NCBI RefSeq assembly: GCF_001194135.2
Contig: NC_068991.1
Location: forward strand, 16,339,581 to 16,403,580
Origin: Octopus bimaculoides
Taxonomy: Eukaryota
DNA length: 64,000 nt
Direction of reading: 5' to 3'
Shown here: positions 26,440-37,805 of the stretch, one piece after another
Numbering within the stretch: position 1 is the first letter of the stretch
How the letters are laid out: each line of letters starts with the position of its first letter
Notes under the pieces: generated by a model
Told to the model about the DNA's origin: nothing
Databases searched by the model: none
The model's input: only the letters and a program-made list of their open reading frames with translations
Program-made: the position numbers and the translations under genes

Positions 26440-26555
26440 GTGCCTCTCTCCTACCTCCATAAGGAGGCTACAGCGACTCTGTGGCCTGAAGTAAAAGAAA
26501 TCCATGCCACAATAGCGCCATTTCGAATCACTTCTCCTTACGGCTCCCTGGAAAG
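26440..26555 (+). CDS. LMF2: LMF2 alternative exon K2 (VPLSYLHKEATATLWPEVKEIHATIAPFRITSPYGSLE-R)
   Basis: tttttttcaag acceptor, AAG|gtacaa donor, 116 nt, phase 0 to 2, open frame. VP at the start, LW at 14-15 and ITSxYG at 30-35, collinear with K1 and K3. Confidence 0.78.
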
Positions 26556-26909
26556 GTACAACAGAGTAGAGTGTAGTTGAGAGAGATTGTAGACCATAAT
26601 AACTATAATGATAATAATAATAATAATAATAATTAACAGTTATTTTTATACTAATTATCACCAGTGTTTTTTTTGTTTGTTTTGCTGTGTTCAGTGAAAA
26701 CCTAAGCCCTTCTCTTCAAACAATTATTGGACACATGTGCTTACATGTGTGTGCACACATACGTACACACACACACGTACACACACTCCAAAATAAAATG
26801 TCATTGGATTGCATTTTTGTGTAGTTTATTCAATAGTTTTACTTTATTTTTCCCCCATTTTTGGTTTTTATGTTTTCTGTATTTTAATATATATATATAT
26901 ATATATATA

Positions 26910-27303
26910 TCACATGTGATCATGTGGCCAACCAGGCTATCAGATGTTATACATCGCTGATCACTATGTACTTTGCATTGTTTTTAGCCTTCAGATGATT
27001 CCAACCCGGTGGCTAGGCGAGCAGGTCAACATCCACTGCCCGATCGAAGGGTCACTAAAGCGATGTGAAATGCAGTGTTTTGCTCAAGAGCACAACATGC
27101 TGCCCAGTCAGGGAATCAAACCCATGAACTACCGATTATGAATGCAATAGCCTAACCACTAGGCCACGTGCCTTCACATGTGGTTGGCCTGCTCGTCTAG
27201 CCAGCGGGCTGGCATCATTTGAAGACTAAATTGATGCAACAGCGAATTGTGACCAGTTATGTGTAACATGTGATAGCCTGGTCAGTCACGTGATCACATG
27301 TGA
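26910..27303. mobile_element. Foldback/MITE with ~121-bp imperfect inverted arms and a central SINE head
   Basis: Arms 26910-27030 and 27183-27303 align as reverse complements. TA on both flanks. Confidence 0.8.
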
Positions 27304-27423
27304 TATACATATAATATATATATATATATAAATAATAAATTGATAGAAAAGACAACAAAAGAAAGAAAGAGACCTCGATATTATGTAAATAGAGGAATTT
27401 ATCTGTAAAAATATGTGACAATT

Positions 27424-27617
27424 ATTCGGTAGCCATGATAAAACTCCGAGTTTCGGATGCCGGGGCAGAAACCCACGCCGCCATCTCTTCAGTTAACTGG
27501 CCCTTTGTTTAACGGTCATTTTCATAGGAACTTTCAATGGCCAGATAACTGAAGAGATAGCAGCGTGGGTTTCTGCCCCGGCATCCGAAACTCGGAGTTT
27601 TATCATGGCTACCGAAT
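27424..27617. repeat. 79-bp inverted repeat (3 mismatches) with a 36-nt loop, ending at an assembly gap
   Basis: ATTCGGTAGCCATGATAAAACTCCGAG... at 27424-27502 is mirrored at 27539-27617. Confidence 0.85.
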
Positions 27618-28465
27618 NNNNNNNNNNNNNNNNNNNNNNNNNNNNTATGTAAATAATAAATATATATATATGTAAATAATAAATATATATATATAATATG
27701 CTTATGAGTGAGTGTTACCATCGTACAAGTAGTGTCCATCATTGAAAATCTTTTGTGAAAACATGTCCAACCTGGAGAAATATTACTTTATTTGGAAACA
27801 AGTGAGGGTTGATGACGATCAGTGTATCCAGCTGTATAAAATCTGCCTCAATGGATTCTGTTTGACCAATGTGAGCATAGAAAAATGGCCATTGAAATGA
27901 TGATGACATACAAACACACCTATATACAGATATGCATGCAAACATGTATACATATACATACAGTTGATCACACATACACACACACACACATGTATCAGTG
28001 CATGATCTAACACACTCACAAAAGGAGTTTGGGTGGGAGGTGTGTGTTTGTCTTGGTTACTCCAATTGTGTATGCATACTTTAGTTCATAGTTGGTCCCT
28101 GTGATTCTGGCCATGCTGGAGCATTTTCTTCTAACACTTGCTTTTGTTTAGTTTTGTTTTGTTTTGTTTGTTTTCTGTTTGCTTTTTGTTTGTTGGCAGA
28201 AATTTTGATTAATTTGCTTAAAAGAAGGTGAAAAAAAATAAGGTAATTAAATCAAGTAATTAAAAAAAAACAGTACTTTGTTTATTCTACAGATCTTTAG
28301 TTGAGTGACACTTCTCACTCATGTTCTTTTTAGTTGAGTGACGCTGCTCACTCATATTTTTTTCTCTTTTCTGTTAATATTTTACTTGCTTAAAGTATGA
28401 TCTGGAGATAATTAACCAATTCTAGGGAAGCCAAAAGTGCTCTCTTCAGATATATAATGGTAATG

Positions 28466-29293
28466 GGGAATTGGAGTAAATGGTAGAGCATCAAACAAAA
28501 TGCTTTGTGGTATTTAGTTATGGTTACCTGCCTTCTGATTTCAAATCCTACCAGACTCAGTTTTGCTTTACATCCTCCCAGGGTCAATAAAATGAAGTAC
28601 CAATTAAGTAATAGGGATCAATATAGTCAGTTAAGGCCTTGTGCATATAGTGAAAATTATTATTATTATTATTATTGTTAGCACATTGGACAAAATACTT
28701 AGCAGCATTTTGTCCATCTTTACATTCTGAGTTCAAATTTCACTAAGGTCAACTTTACGTTTCATCCTTTCGGAGTTGATGTAATTGACTCCTCCCCACC
28801 CCACTGGAATTTCAGGTCTTGTGCCTATAGTAGAAAATATTATTATTATTATTATGAGGCAGCAAGCTGGCAGAATCATTAGCATGCTGGATGAAATGTT
28901 TAGTGTATTTCAGCTGTCACTACATTCCGAGTTCAAATTCTGCATAGGTCGATTTTGCCTTTCATTCTTTCAGGGTTGATAAATTAAGTACCAGTAAAAT
29001 GCTAGGGTCAATGTAATCAACTAATCCCCTCTCCACAAATTTCAGGCCTTGTGCCTTTAATAGAAAGGATTATTATTATTATTAAAGTGGCACACTGGAC
29101 AAAATGCTTTGTGGAATTTTTTCTGGCTCTACGTTCTAAGGTTCAAATTCTGTTGTGGCTAATTTTGCCGTTCATCCATTTGTGGTTGATAGAATAAATA
29201 CCAGTTGTACACTAGGGTCAATGTAATCAGCTTACTATTTCCCCAAAAATTTCAGGTCTTGTACTTATAGTAGAAAGGATTATTGTTATTATT
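28466..29293 (+). mobile_element. Four head-to-tail degenerate family D SINEs joined by (ATT)n
   Basis: Four repeats of the GTTCAAATT...TTTCATCC...GGCCTTGTGCCT...AGAAAGGATTATTATT pattern. Confidence 0.75.
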
Positions 29294-29339
29294 CAACTTG
29301 ACTCCAGTTTGGTCTTGTTTCTGGTAGAATTTATATGGG

Positions 29340-30690
29340 TAGCAGGTTACTATCTGTAACCTTAGACATAACAAGCTTTCAATAATCTTTCAAGTGCACA
29401 ACCCTTCTGATAATCTTCCCTGTTCTTAAGAAGCAAACTTTCTGTTCCAATCTGCTTCAATCATTTGTCTACATCATAACTCACAGTCCTTAATGCACCA
29501 ATTATTGCTGATACAACCATTATAGTTTTCATAATCCAAATTCTTGCAATCTTATATTTTAATGGATTTTAAAAAAAATTTTTCGTTGTCTTTCTTTACA
29601 ATCCTGGAATCAAATGGACATGATGGATCAATTAGTCAGCAACTTCTCTTTTCCTTGTTATGTCTGGTTTATTATTTTCTATCGTCTTGTCCATTTGAAA
29701 TGTGAAAATCCCATAAAATCTTGCATTTTTCCAACTCTACCAAGTACTTCCATCTTCAAGCTCCATTTCTTGTATTGTCCCTGAGCCAACTTAGGACATT
29801 CTGTAACGATGTGTGCCATTGTTTCATCCCAAATTCCACAAACTCTACGTTTTGTTGACACCTTCTCCATGTGTACATATTTCCTCAAGTTGTTCTTTAA
29901 TGCTTGGTTTTCAGCTGCTATAATAAGTCTCTCTGTTTCTGTTTCAAATTGCCCTTTTTTCAACCAATCCCAGTTTTTTCCCCCCCACATACATTATCAG
30001 TGGCTTTCCAACAGACCGTGCAATGGTTTCTCTTCAGTCTGTTTGACATAATCTCTGTAAATTTCATTTTTGTCTTTTTCTCTTTTTCCACACTTGATTG
30101 CTTATTTTTTATTCGCTGCCTTTAGTAATTTCTCTATGCTGTTCTGTAAATATTCTAGTACAGTTTTTCTTTCCATCTGTATACACTCTTCCGCGGCAGT
30201 TAAGCCTCTTCCATCCTGGTATCTCTTCAAGTACAACCATGTCATCGTCTTGCCTGTCTTAACCAGTTAATATCAGCTTTCGGATGGTGGGTTCCATACA
30301 TTCATTGTCAACAGCTTTCTAGTTTTTTCTGTCAAGTTTCTGTATGTTGCTTTGGGTCCAGTTCATAAGTCCAGCTCCATATCTGATAACTGGTACTGCT
30401 CTTGCGTTTATTGCTTCAATAACCTTTTTTGAATTCAACTTTGACTTTAATATTTTTCTCACTATTTGTGATTTGTTTCATCTCTTCATGTTTTATTTCA
30501 TCTCCTTCCAGTCTTCCCAAATACTTATTCCACTGTCCTTTCTCGTCTGCTTTTGTTGTTTTTCCATTTGGCATTTCAATTACCTGGCTTCCTTCAACTC
30601 TTCCTCGTTTCTTTATCACTATAGCGCACTTTTCAATCCCAAATTCCATACCTCTGCTTGTTGTCTTTTCATATAAAGCTTTATTTTATC
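29340..30690 (-). mobile_element. R4/Dong-clade non-LTR retrotransposon, degenerate 3' part
   Basis: RT end MEFGIEKCA...KYLG, CCHC-like knuckle RVCGIWDETMAHIVTECPKLAQ, and C-terminal VVSAIIGALRTV. Contains frameshifts and stops. Confidence 0.8.
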
Positions 30691-30767
30691 CATAAAAAGA
30701 TTATTTATCTAACCATATCCATTTCCCAAATCATAAGCCATTTTAATTTATCATCATTATTATTATA

Positions 30768-30809
<42 letters not shown>

Positions 30810-32176
30810 GGGCAGTGTTATCAGTTTTGATAGAAAATCATGCAAGATACTTTGCTATATTCAGTTTATGTCTCAAGTTCAAATCCTGACAGTTTTTAGC
30901 TACTTTTGCCTTCCATCATTCTGGGGTTGATACAATCAAGTTCAAGTCAAGGTACTAAGGCTGATATATTCAACTACATCCAGCTCTTGGACATTGTGCC
31001 TATGTTAGAATTATCATTATTATTATTAGGACAGAACTAGTAGAACATCAAAGGAAAAGCTTTGCAGTATTTAATTGAGTCCCTTTAGGTTCTGGGTTGA
31101 AATTCTGATTAAAAAAGATGTTTTTTGATTATTATTTTTGTTGCTTTCCATCCTTCTGTGGTCATAAATACCAGGTAGGTAGGACTGGGGACTATATAAT
31201 GTATTTTCCTTCTTAGAATTCATGCTATTGTTCTGATGCTGAAAACTATCATTTATACAACTTTTTTTTTTTTCAACCTTCTTTTAATATTGATTTGTTT
31301 TTGTTTATGAATCTTTTAATGTTTTTGGGTCAAATGCTTAAAACATCTATGTTGTTATTGAGTTGTTAATGAAATTATTTTATGGATTGACTAATTAACT
31401 TAAACTTTAGAGATGAAAGATTTGTTTTGGTATTTATATTCAATGCAACATACCAAACTTATCTCACAGAATCCTTAAATGGTTTTCAAAAAACAAGGAA
31501 AAACTGTGGAACTATTCACTGTATTTCACAGACAAACCCTACCATTTTAATTAGGCACAGGTGTGGCTATGTGGTTAAGAAGCTGGCTTCCCAATCATAT
31601 GGTTTCAGGTTCAGCCCCACTGTGCAGCACTTTGAGCAAATATTTTCTACTTTAGCCCCAGGCTAAGCAAAACCTTGTAAGTGGATTTGGTAGACAGAAA
31701 CTGAAAGAAGCCCACCATATATATATAGATACATGTATGTATGTATTTGCGTGTCTGTGTTTTTTCCCCCCTGCCACCTTCGCTTGACATCCGATGTTGG
31801 TGTGTTTACATCCCTGTAACTTAGCAGTTCAGCTAATGAGACTGATAGAATAAGTACTAGGCTTACAAAGAATAAGTCCTGGGGTTGATTTGTTCGACTA
31901 AAGGTGGTGCTCCAGCATGGTCGCAGTCAAATGACTGAAACCAGTAAAAAAAAAAAAAGAATATATATANNNNNNNNNNNNNNNNNNNNNNNNNNNNNNN
32001 NNNNNNNNNNNNNNNNNNNNNNNNNNNNNNNNNNNNNNNNNNNNNNNNNNNNNNNNNNNNNNNNNNNNNNNNNNNNNNNNNNNNNNNNNNNNNNNNNNNN
32101 NNNNNNNNNNNNNNNNNNNNNNNNNNNNNNNNNNNNNNNNNNNNNNCCAGTACCATTTGTCAAGTAGTGGTGGGGG

Positions 32177-32210
<34 letters not shown>

Positions 32211-32579
32211 GCATGCATGCAATGTACCTGTGCACACATTTAAAGGGCTTCTGAACAGTTTCCTTCAACCAAATGTTACTCACAAGGCTTTAGGTCAAGT
32301 TTATGGTAGAACACTCTTTGTTTAATGCATCATGCACTAAGCATCGAAATGGAGCTGTGTGATTGCAAAGCAAGCTTTTTGACCACATGACCCCTGCCAA
32401 AAATACATAAATAATAAAAATAAATTCAAAGGAAAATGATAAAGAATCTTTCATCTCTAAACAATAAATGTAATGGTAGGCTTATAGTCGTAATAATTAG
32501 AATCATAACCTAAATATTTTTTCTTAGTTTAGTGTGCTGTTTGCCTTGTTTCTCTACTGACTCATGTTTCTGATTTCAG

Positions 32580-32695
32580 GTACCGTATACAGCCATAGAT
32601 GTTGGCAGTAATTCTAAGTTACCAGCACGCTTAAAGATATTACACAGCAGATTAGACAGACTTGAAATAACAAGCCATTATGGTCTATTCAGAGT
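32580..32695 (+). CDS. LMF2: LMF2 alternative exon K3 (VPYTAIDVGSNSKLPARLKILHSRLDRLEITSHYGLFR-V)
   Basis: gatttcag acceptor, GT|gtaaga donor, 116 nt, phase 0 to 2, open frame. VPY...ITSHYGLFR. Confidence 0.88.
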
Positions 32696-33025
32696 GTAAG
32701 ACCAGCTAACATTTCCTCCCTTTTAACACTCTTCTGCCCACTATACTGCCTTCTACCGTACCTCTTTTCCACTCCTCCTTCCTACTACAGCTATTATCTA
32801 ATATGGCAACTTTCTGGAAAAGTGTGTATTTTGTATGGGTGTGTTGTTGTTTTGTGTCTTGTTGTTGTGTATATGTTGTATTTGCGTGTCTTTTGCTGTA
32901 TTTGTTTTGTTTGTGTGTTTTGCTGTAATTGTGTGTATGTGTGTTGCCGTGTGTGTGTGTGTATACCTTTGATGTGTTTGTATAAACTATACTGTATGAT
33001 GTGTGGTAGTTGTTGCATGTATGTG

Positions 33026-33079
<54 letters not shown>

Positions 33080-33782
33080 AACGTAAATATTGTATATGTT
33101 GTATGTATTTTTGACTTCGTAGTTGTGTGTGCGTCTGTACCTTTGTTGTTTGTAGAAACTATACTGTTTGATGTGTGGTCGTTGTTGCTGTTGCGTGTAT
33201 GTATATATATGTGTGTGTGTGTGTGTATATACGGAAATATTGCATATGTTGGATGTATTTTTGATTTGGTAGTTGTGTGTTTCCATACATTTATGTTGCT
33301 TTTCCCCATTCCTTTTATCCTTTACTATTTTTCGTAAGAAAAGATACTCATTTACATACATATTTCTATGTGAAACATACTGGATACAGGTAAGGCTGTG
33401 TGTTTAAGAAATTTACTTTGCAACCGTTTGTTTCTAGTTTCAATACCACTCTACAGCACTTTGGACAAGTGCCTTTTACTCTGGTCTCAACCTGACCAAT
33501 ATTTTAGGAGCGAAGTAGCTTGTTTGAAACTATACAGGAGCGATGAGCTGGCAGAAACGTTAGCACGCCGGGCGAAATGCTTAGTGGTATTTCGTCTGCC
33601 GCTATGTTCTGAGTTCAAATTCCGCTGAGGTCGACTTTGCCTTTCATCCTTTTGGGGTTGATAAATTAAGTACCAGTTACGCACTGGGGTCGATGTAATC
33701 GACTTAAACCGTTTGTCTGTCCTTGTTTGTCCCCCCTGTGTTTAGCCCCTTGTGGGCAATAAAGAAATAAGAAACTATACAG

Positions 33783-34054
33783 AAGCGCTTCCCAAAGTGG
33801 ATGGTACTGCCCTGTTCTCCTGGGGGACAATGGAAATATCCAGTGGGGTGTTGAAGAAAAGTTGGGTGATAATGGGGTGACCAAAGGGTTGGGGCGGGAG
33901 CAGGGCAATGAAAATAATGGGGTTGATTAGATTAAGTTTTATTTGTGAAATACAGTTGTTTTGAATTTGCTGCAGAAAGTGGTTTATGTTTGTGGTGGTG
34001 AGTGGGGTTGAGGTACGAAGGGGGCAGCAGCTTGAAAAAGTTTGGGAACCACTG
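33783..34054. mobile_element. hAT-type MITE, 272 bp
   Basis: 8-bp TSD CTATACAG on both sides (33775-33782 and 34055-34062). Degenerate TIR (C/A)AG(C/T)G(C/G)TTCCCAAA. Confidence 0.8.
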
Positions 34055-34617
34055 CTATACAGTGACCTAGTGATCTGGGCATTGTGTTCATTAGCATAAT
34101 GCAACAGGATCGTGTGATTCAATTCCTGGCCCAGCAGGCCATTGTTTCTTCAAGCAAAATACTTAAATTTCTCATTGCTCTAGTTTACTCAGCTGAGATC
34201 ATATCCTGGCATCAGTGCTGGTGCTGTCCTTTCTGTCTATTCCCCGGTTGTCACATCCTTGATATTTTGCTTGGTAAAGGTTTGAGGTCTCAATGATAGG
34301 TTTTGTTTCATGTCTTAAATTTCTTGTCTAAAACCTCTACAGATTTAGCTATAAGATCTTTGTCCTCAACATACTAGAACTTCCACAGATAGACAGTCCT
34401 CCTCTGTTTTGACTTGGAGAACTACAACAAATAAGTCTCGGCTGAGAACTGAGCCTTGTTAGACTTCTACTTGCATGTTAAATTTGTTGTTAAACTCATT
34501 ACTGACTCTCACTTTGTCGACTCTGTATCAATGTGGCTTGTACATCTCTTACAAACCATTCAGCTACCCATAATTCCCTTAGTGATTACCAGGCTGTAGA
34601 GTGTGGAACTCTGTTAA

Positions 34618-34835
34618 CCCTTTTGTTACCATATTCCTTTTGAAATGTATTGCCTTTGTTTCAATTAATGTTGAAAATGTCAAAAATTTAGTAAAACAAT
34701 TTTGTCATTATGAAGCTGGTATTTGAAACATAAATTATCATGGAATTTTAATGGAAAGGTTTTACTGGGATCAGTTAAGTATGAAATTTATATTATAAAA
34801 CCAGGATCAGTCTCATTGGATTGGTATCAAAAGGG
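34618..34835. mobile_element. piggyBac-type MITE
   Basis: TTAA|CCCTTTTGTTACC ... GGTATCAAAAGGG|TTAA. Relatives at 42887-43108, about 39810-40021, 54561-54788, and left ends at about 46227 and 46754. Confidence 0.85.
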
Positions 34836-35029
34836 TTAAAGGCTTTCTCTAAGTTGACAGATGCTAGGTATAGAGACTTACTCCTAGTTAAATATTTTTG
34901 TATTTGTCTCAATAGAAAGATAATATTTGTTGTGCTTTACTGGAACAAAGTCAAATTATATCTCATTTAAGTTAAATTATTTCTGTTCAATTATGCTATA
35001 ATTCTTTCTGTAACTTCATAACCTGAGCT

Positions 35030-35670
35030 GTCTTTCTGTTGCAACTGTAGTTGGTCCTCCATGAAATATTTCTGCTGCCTTTGTAGCGGCTGACATTGTC
35101 GCTGCTTCATTAGTCACCGGGAACGGCATCTTCCTGTGTGCTGCCTGATTGATTATGTGAGTGATTATCATGCGGCTGACTTTACCAGATATTTTAAGTG
35201 TCTCTTTGAGAATAATTTTGTTGGTCCAGTTGTCTTCAATGCTTTTGTATTCTTCATTACACTTGCAAACCATACTGCTATCAATTTATACAGTTGGTCC
35301 CACTGTTGGGTCTACCTACAGTAGACCATCTCTCTTCCATTTGTTTGGCCTTATTCAATATAATGCTTCCATGCCTCTTTCTTTTTGGTATCAGTAAGGA
35401 AATGTGGCCTTTATCATTCCATACATACTTCTCACTAATTATATCGTGATAACCTTTGGTACACAACCTTGCATTCCAGAATATCTCCTGCTTCTGGTTC
35501 TTACACTGCATAAAATGTGCAGACCACTTATTTTCTGCTTCCTGTCCTTGCTAAATATAGACGTTTCTCTTAGTTGTTCTCTACTGCAATCTGAACTCAC
35601 CACTTCTACCCATGTTTTCTTTAGTCTTCCTCTTCCACCATGTCTTGCATCATTCGTCCTGTGAATCACA
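35030..35670 (-). mobile_element. Degenerate RTE-clade LINE fragments
   Basis: KKEAWKHY...GPTV.IDSSMV...ETLKISG (EN-RT linker) and RGRGRLKKTWVEVVSSD (ORF C-terminus). Confidence 0.65.
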
Positions 35671-37179
35671 TATATACTATCACAGTTTCTCTCTTGTGCA
35701 ATATATTAGTCTATCTACCTACCTATTTATCTCTCTCTCTCTCTCTTTCTCTCTGTATATATATTCACCTCTTATTTATTTTTTATTTTCATCTGGTTAG
35801 GGACCTTACTCCTTTCTTTGGGAGGGGTGTCAGAGGCAGGTAAGACAGTGTTACAACCATTATCAGCATAGCAATCCTTTCCATGCAGCCTTCATTGTTG
35901 TGACTGCTTTAAATGTTAGTATTTCAGTTGTCCTCTAGATCTTAGTTAATAGTGTCTAGTAATCAACATAATTGCAGAGTATTACTTCTCTGCTTAAGAA
36001 AGGCAGCTGATTTCAGTATAAGTTAAAGAGCACTCATTAGACCTTTCACATTAATGATCCACGTTGCTTCAATCCCTTGCAGTAACCACACTTCACCCTT
36101 TATCTTCCAATCAACTCTATTGATTAGTCATCATTGTTCATACACTGTTTCCTTTAGCTGAATGCAGCACACTTTAAATGTAGGCACTGGAGACATATCC
36201 TCTAGTTTGTAATTTATAAACATCTAATTGGTCAGAGTTGGAAGCAGTTCAACTCCTGTTTTTGTTGTCTGTGCATAACACTGGTCTGCCCTGTCCAAGC
36301 ATATCTGTGACATGTACTAGATGTGGTCACCCAGTCCAATGCTTCATACATAACCTGATTTAGTCTTTTGGAGACCATACTGTGCAATCCCAGCATGCAC
36401 AGTGGCAGTCTCAACATCTTTAATTTGCTTACTGTCTGTTCTTGTATGATCATTAGTTTCAGTGTGGAGGCGCAATGGCCCAGTGGTTAGGGCAGCGGAC
36501 TCGCGGTCATAGGATCGCGGTTTCGATTCCCAGACTGGGCGTTGTGAGTGTTTATTGAGTGAAAACACCTAAAGCTCCACGAGGCTCCGGCAGGGGATGG
36601 TGGTGAACCCTGCTGTACTCTTCCACCACAACTTTCTCTTACTTCCTGTTTCTGTTGTGCCTGTAATTCAAAGGGTCAGCCTTGTCACACTGTGTCACGC
36701 TGAATATCCCCAAGAACTACGCCACATGCACGTTAATTTCACGAGCAGGCTGTTCCGTTGATCGGGTCAACTGGAACCCTCGACGTCATAAGCGACCGAG
36801 TGCCAACAACAACAATTAGTTTCAGTGGTGCTTGCAGCATAAATCTTTTTCTTTCTTTCTTTTTTTTTTTTTATCTCTCAGTTAAAAGTGAAGGCAGAAC
36901 CACTGACTCTGTATGGGGCTCCCCATTACCGGTAGGAGAGATAGATGGAGAAAGAAAATTAGCCTCAAACTGGATACTTGGCCTGAATTCTTGCAGCGGA
37001 AATGCGGTCCATTCAAGGAACCCAAGGTACCAGGTGATAGTGTTAAGTTGGGTAACAGATTAAGTTTACCAACTGAATAGATCATAATGGGACTTGAACT
37101 CCAAACGCAAAGAACCAGAACAAACACCACAAGGCATTCAACCTAATTTCTTACAGTTCCACCAGTTCATCTCCCTAGA

Positions 37180-37465
37180 TAGTGACTTTTTGTATTAACC
37201 GTGTTTTTGTTTCGTCCGTCCAGTCCTGATATTCTTTTTCAAAAATTTGTTGAAATCTTCGAAAGTAAGTCTCTTCTTGAGAGTCCTATTTGAATTCGCT
37301 TATGGAATTTACTACATGGTCAGGTGAAAATGCATTCTCTGATTTGGTTATCAACTTCAATAGTTGTAACATTTGCTGCTGCAATCCTTGTTGTTGTTCT
37401 CATTGTTCCTTGAGTTGTTGTTGCTGTTTTTGCAACCCAACTATCCCAGCTAACAAGTTTTCCAT
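37180..37465 (-). mobile_element. Gypsy-like LTR retrotransposon gag remnant
   Basis: Hand translation: MENLL..QQQ-rich..SISEFK*DSQEETYFRRFQQIFEKEYQDWTDETKTRLIQK, resembling YFRR-EDIF...W.D..K.RL gag N-termini. Contains stops. Confidence 0.5.
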
Positions 37466-37768
37466 ATTTTATGATTTTCATAAGTTTACACAAGACTTTT
37501 GTTTCTTTTTTGTCGACGTATTTAATTTTCCATGTGAATTAGTTTAAACTCTCCAGACTCTTTTACTTGTTTCAGTCATTTGACTGTGGCCATGCTGGAG
37601 CACCGCCTTTAGACGAGCAAATCGACCCCAGGACTTATTCTTTGGATGCCTAGTACTTATTCTATCGGTCTCTTTTGCCGAACCGCTAAGTTACTGGGAC
37701 GTAAACACACCACCATAGGTTGTCAAGCGATGTTGGGGGGACAAACACAGACACACAAACATATACAC

Positions 37769-37805
<37 letters not shown>

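Noticed and set aside
32693-32695. Alternative K3 donor AGA|gtgtaa
   Set aside because: It would be phase 0 and frameshift the next exon. GT|gtaaga gives 116 nt like K1 and K2.
37027-37080. Possible extra K-exon copies (ag|GTACCA at 37027, ag|GTTAAT at 20539)
   Set aside because: Both hit early in-frame stops and lack the YG motif.
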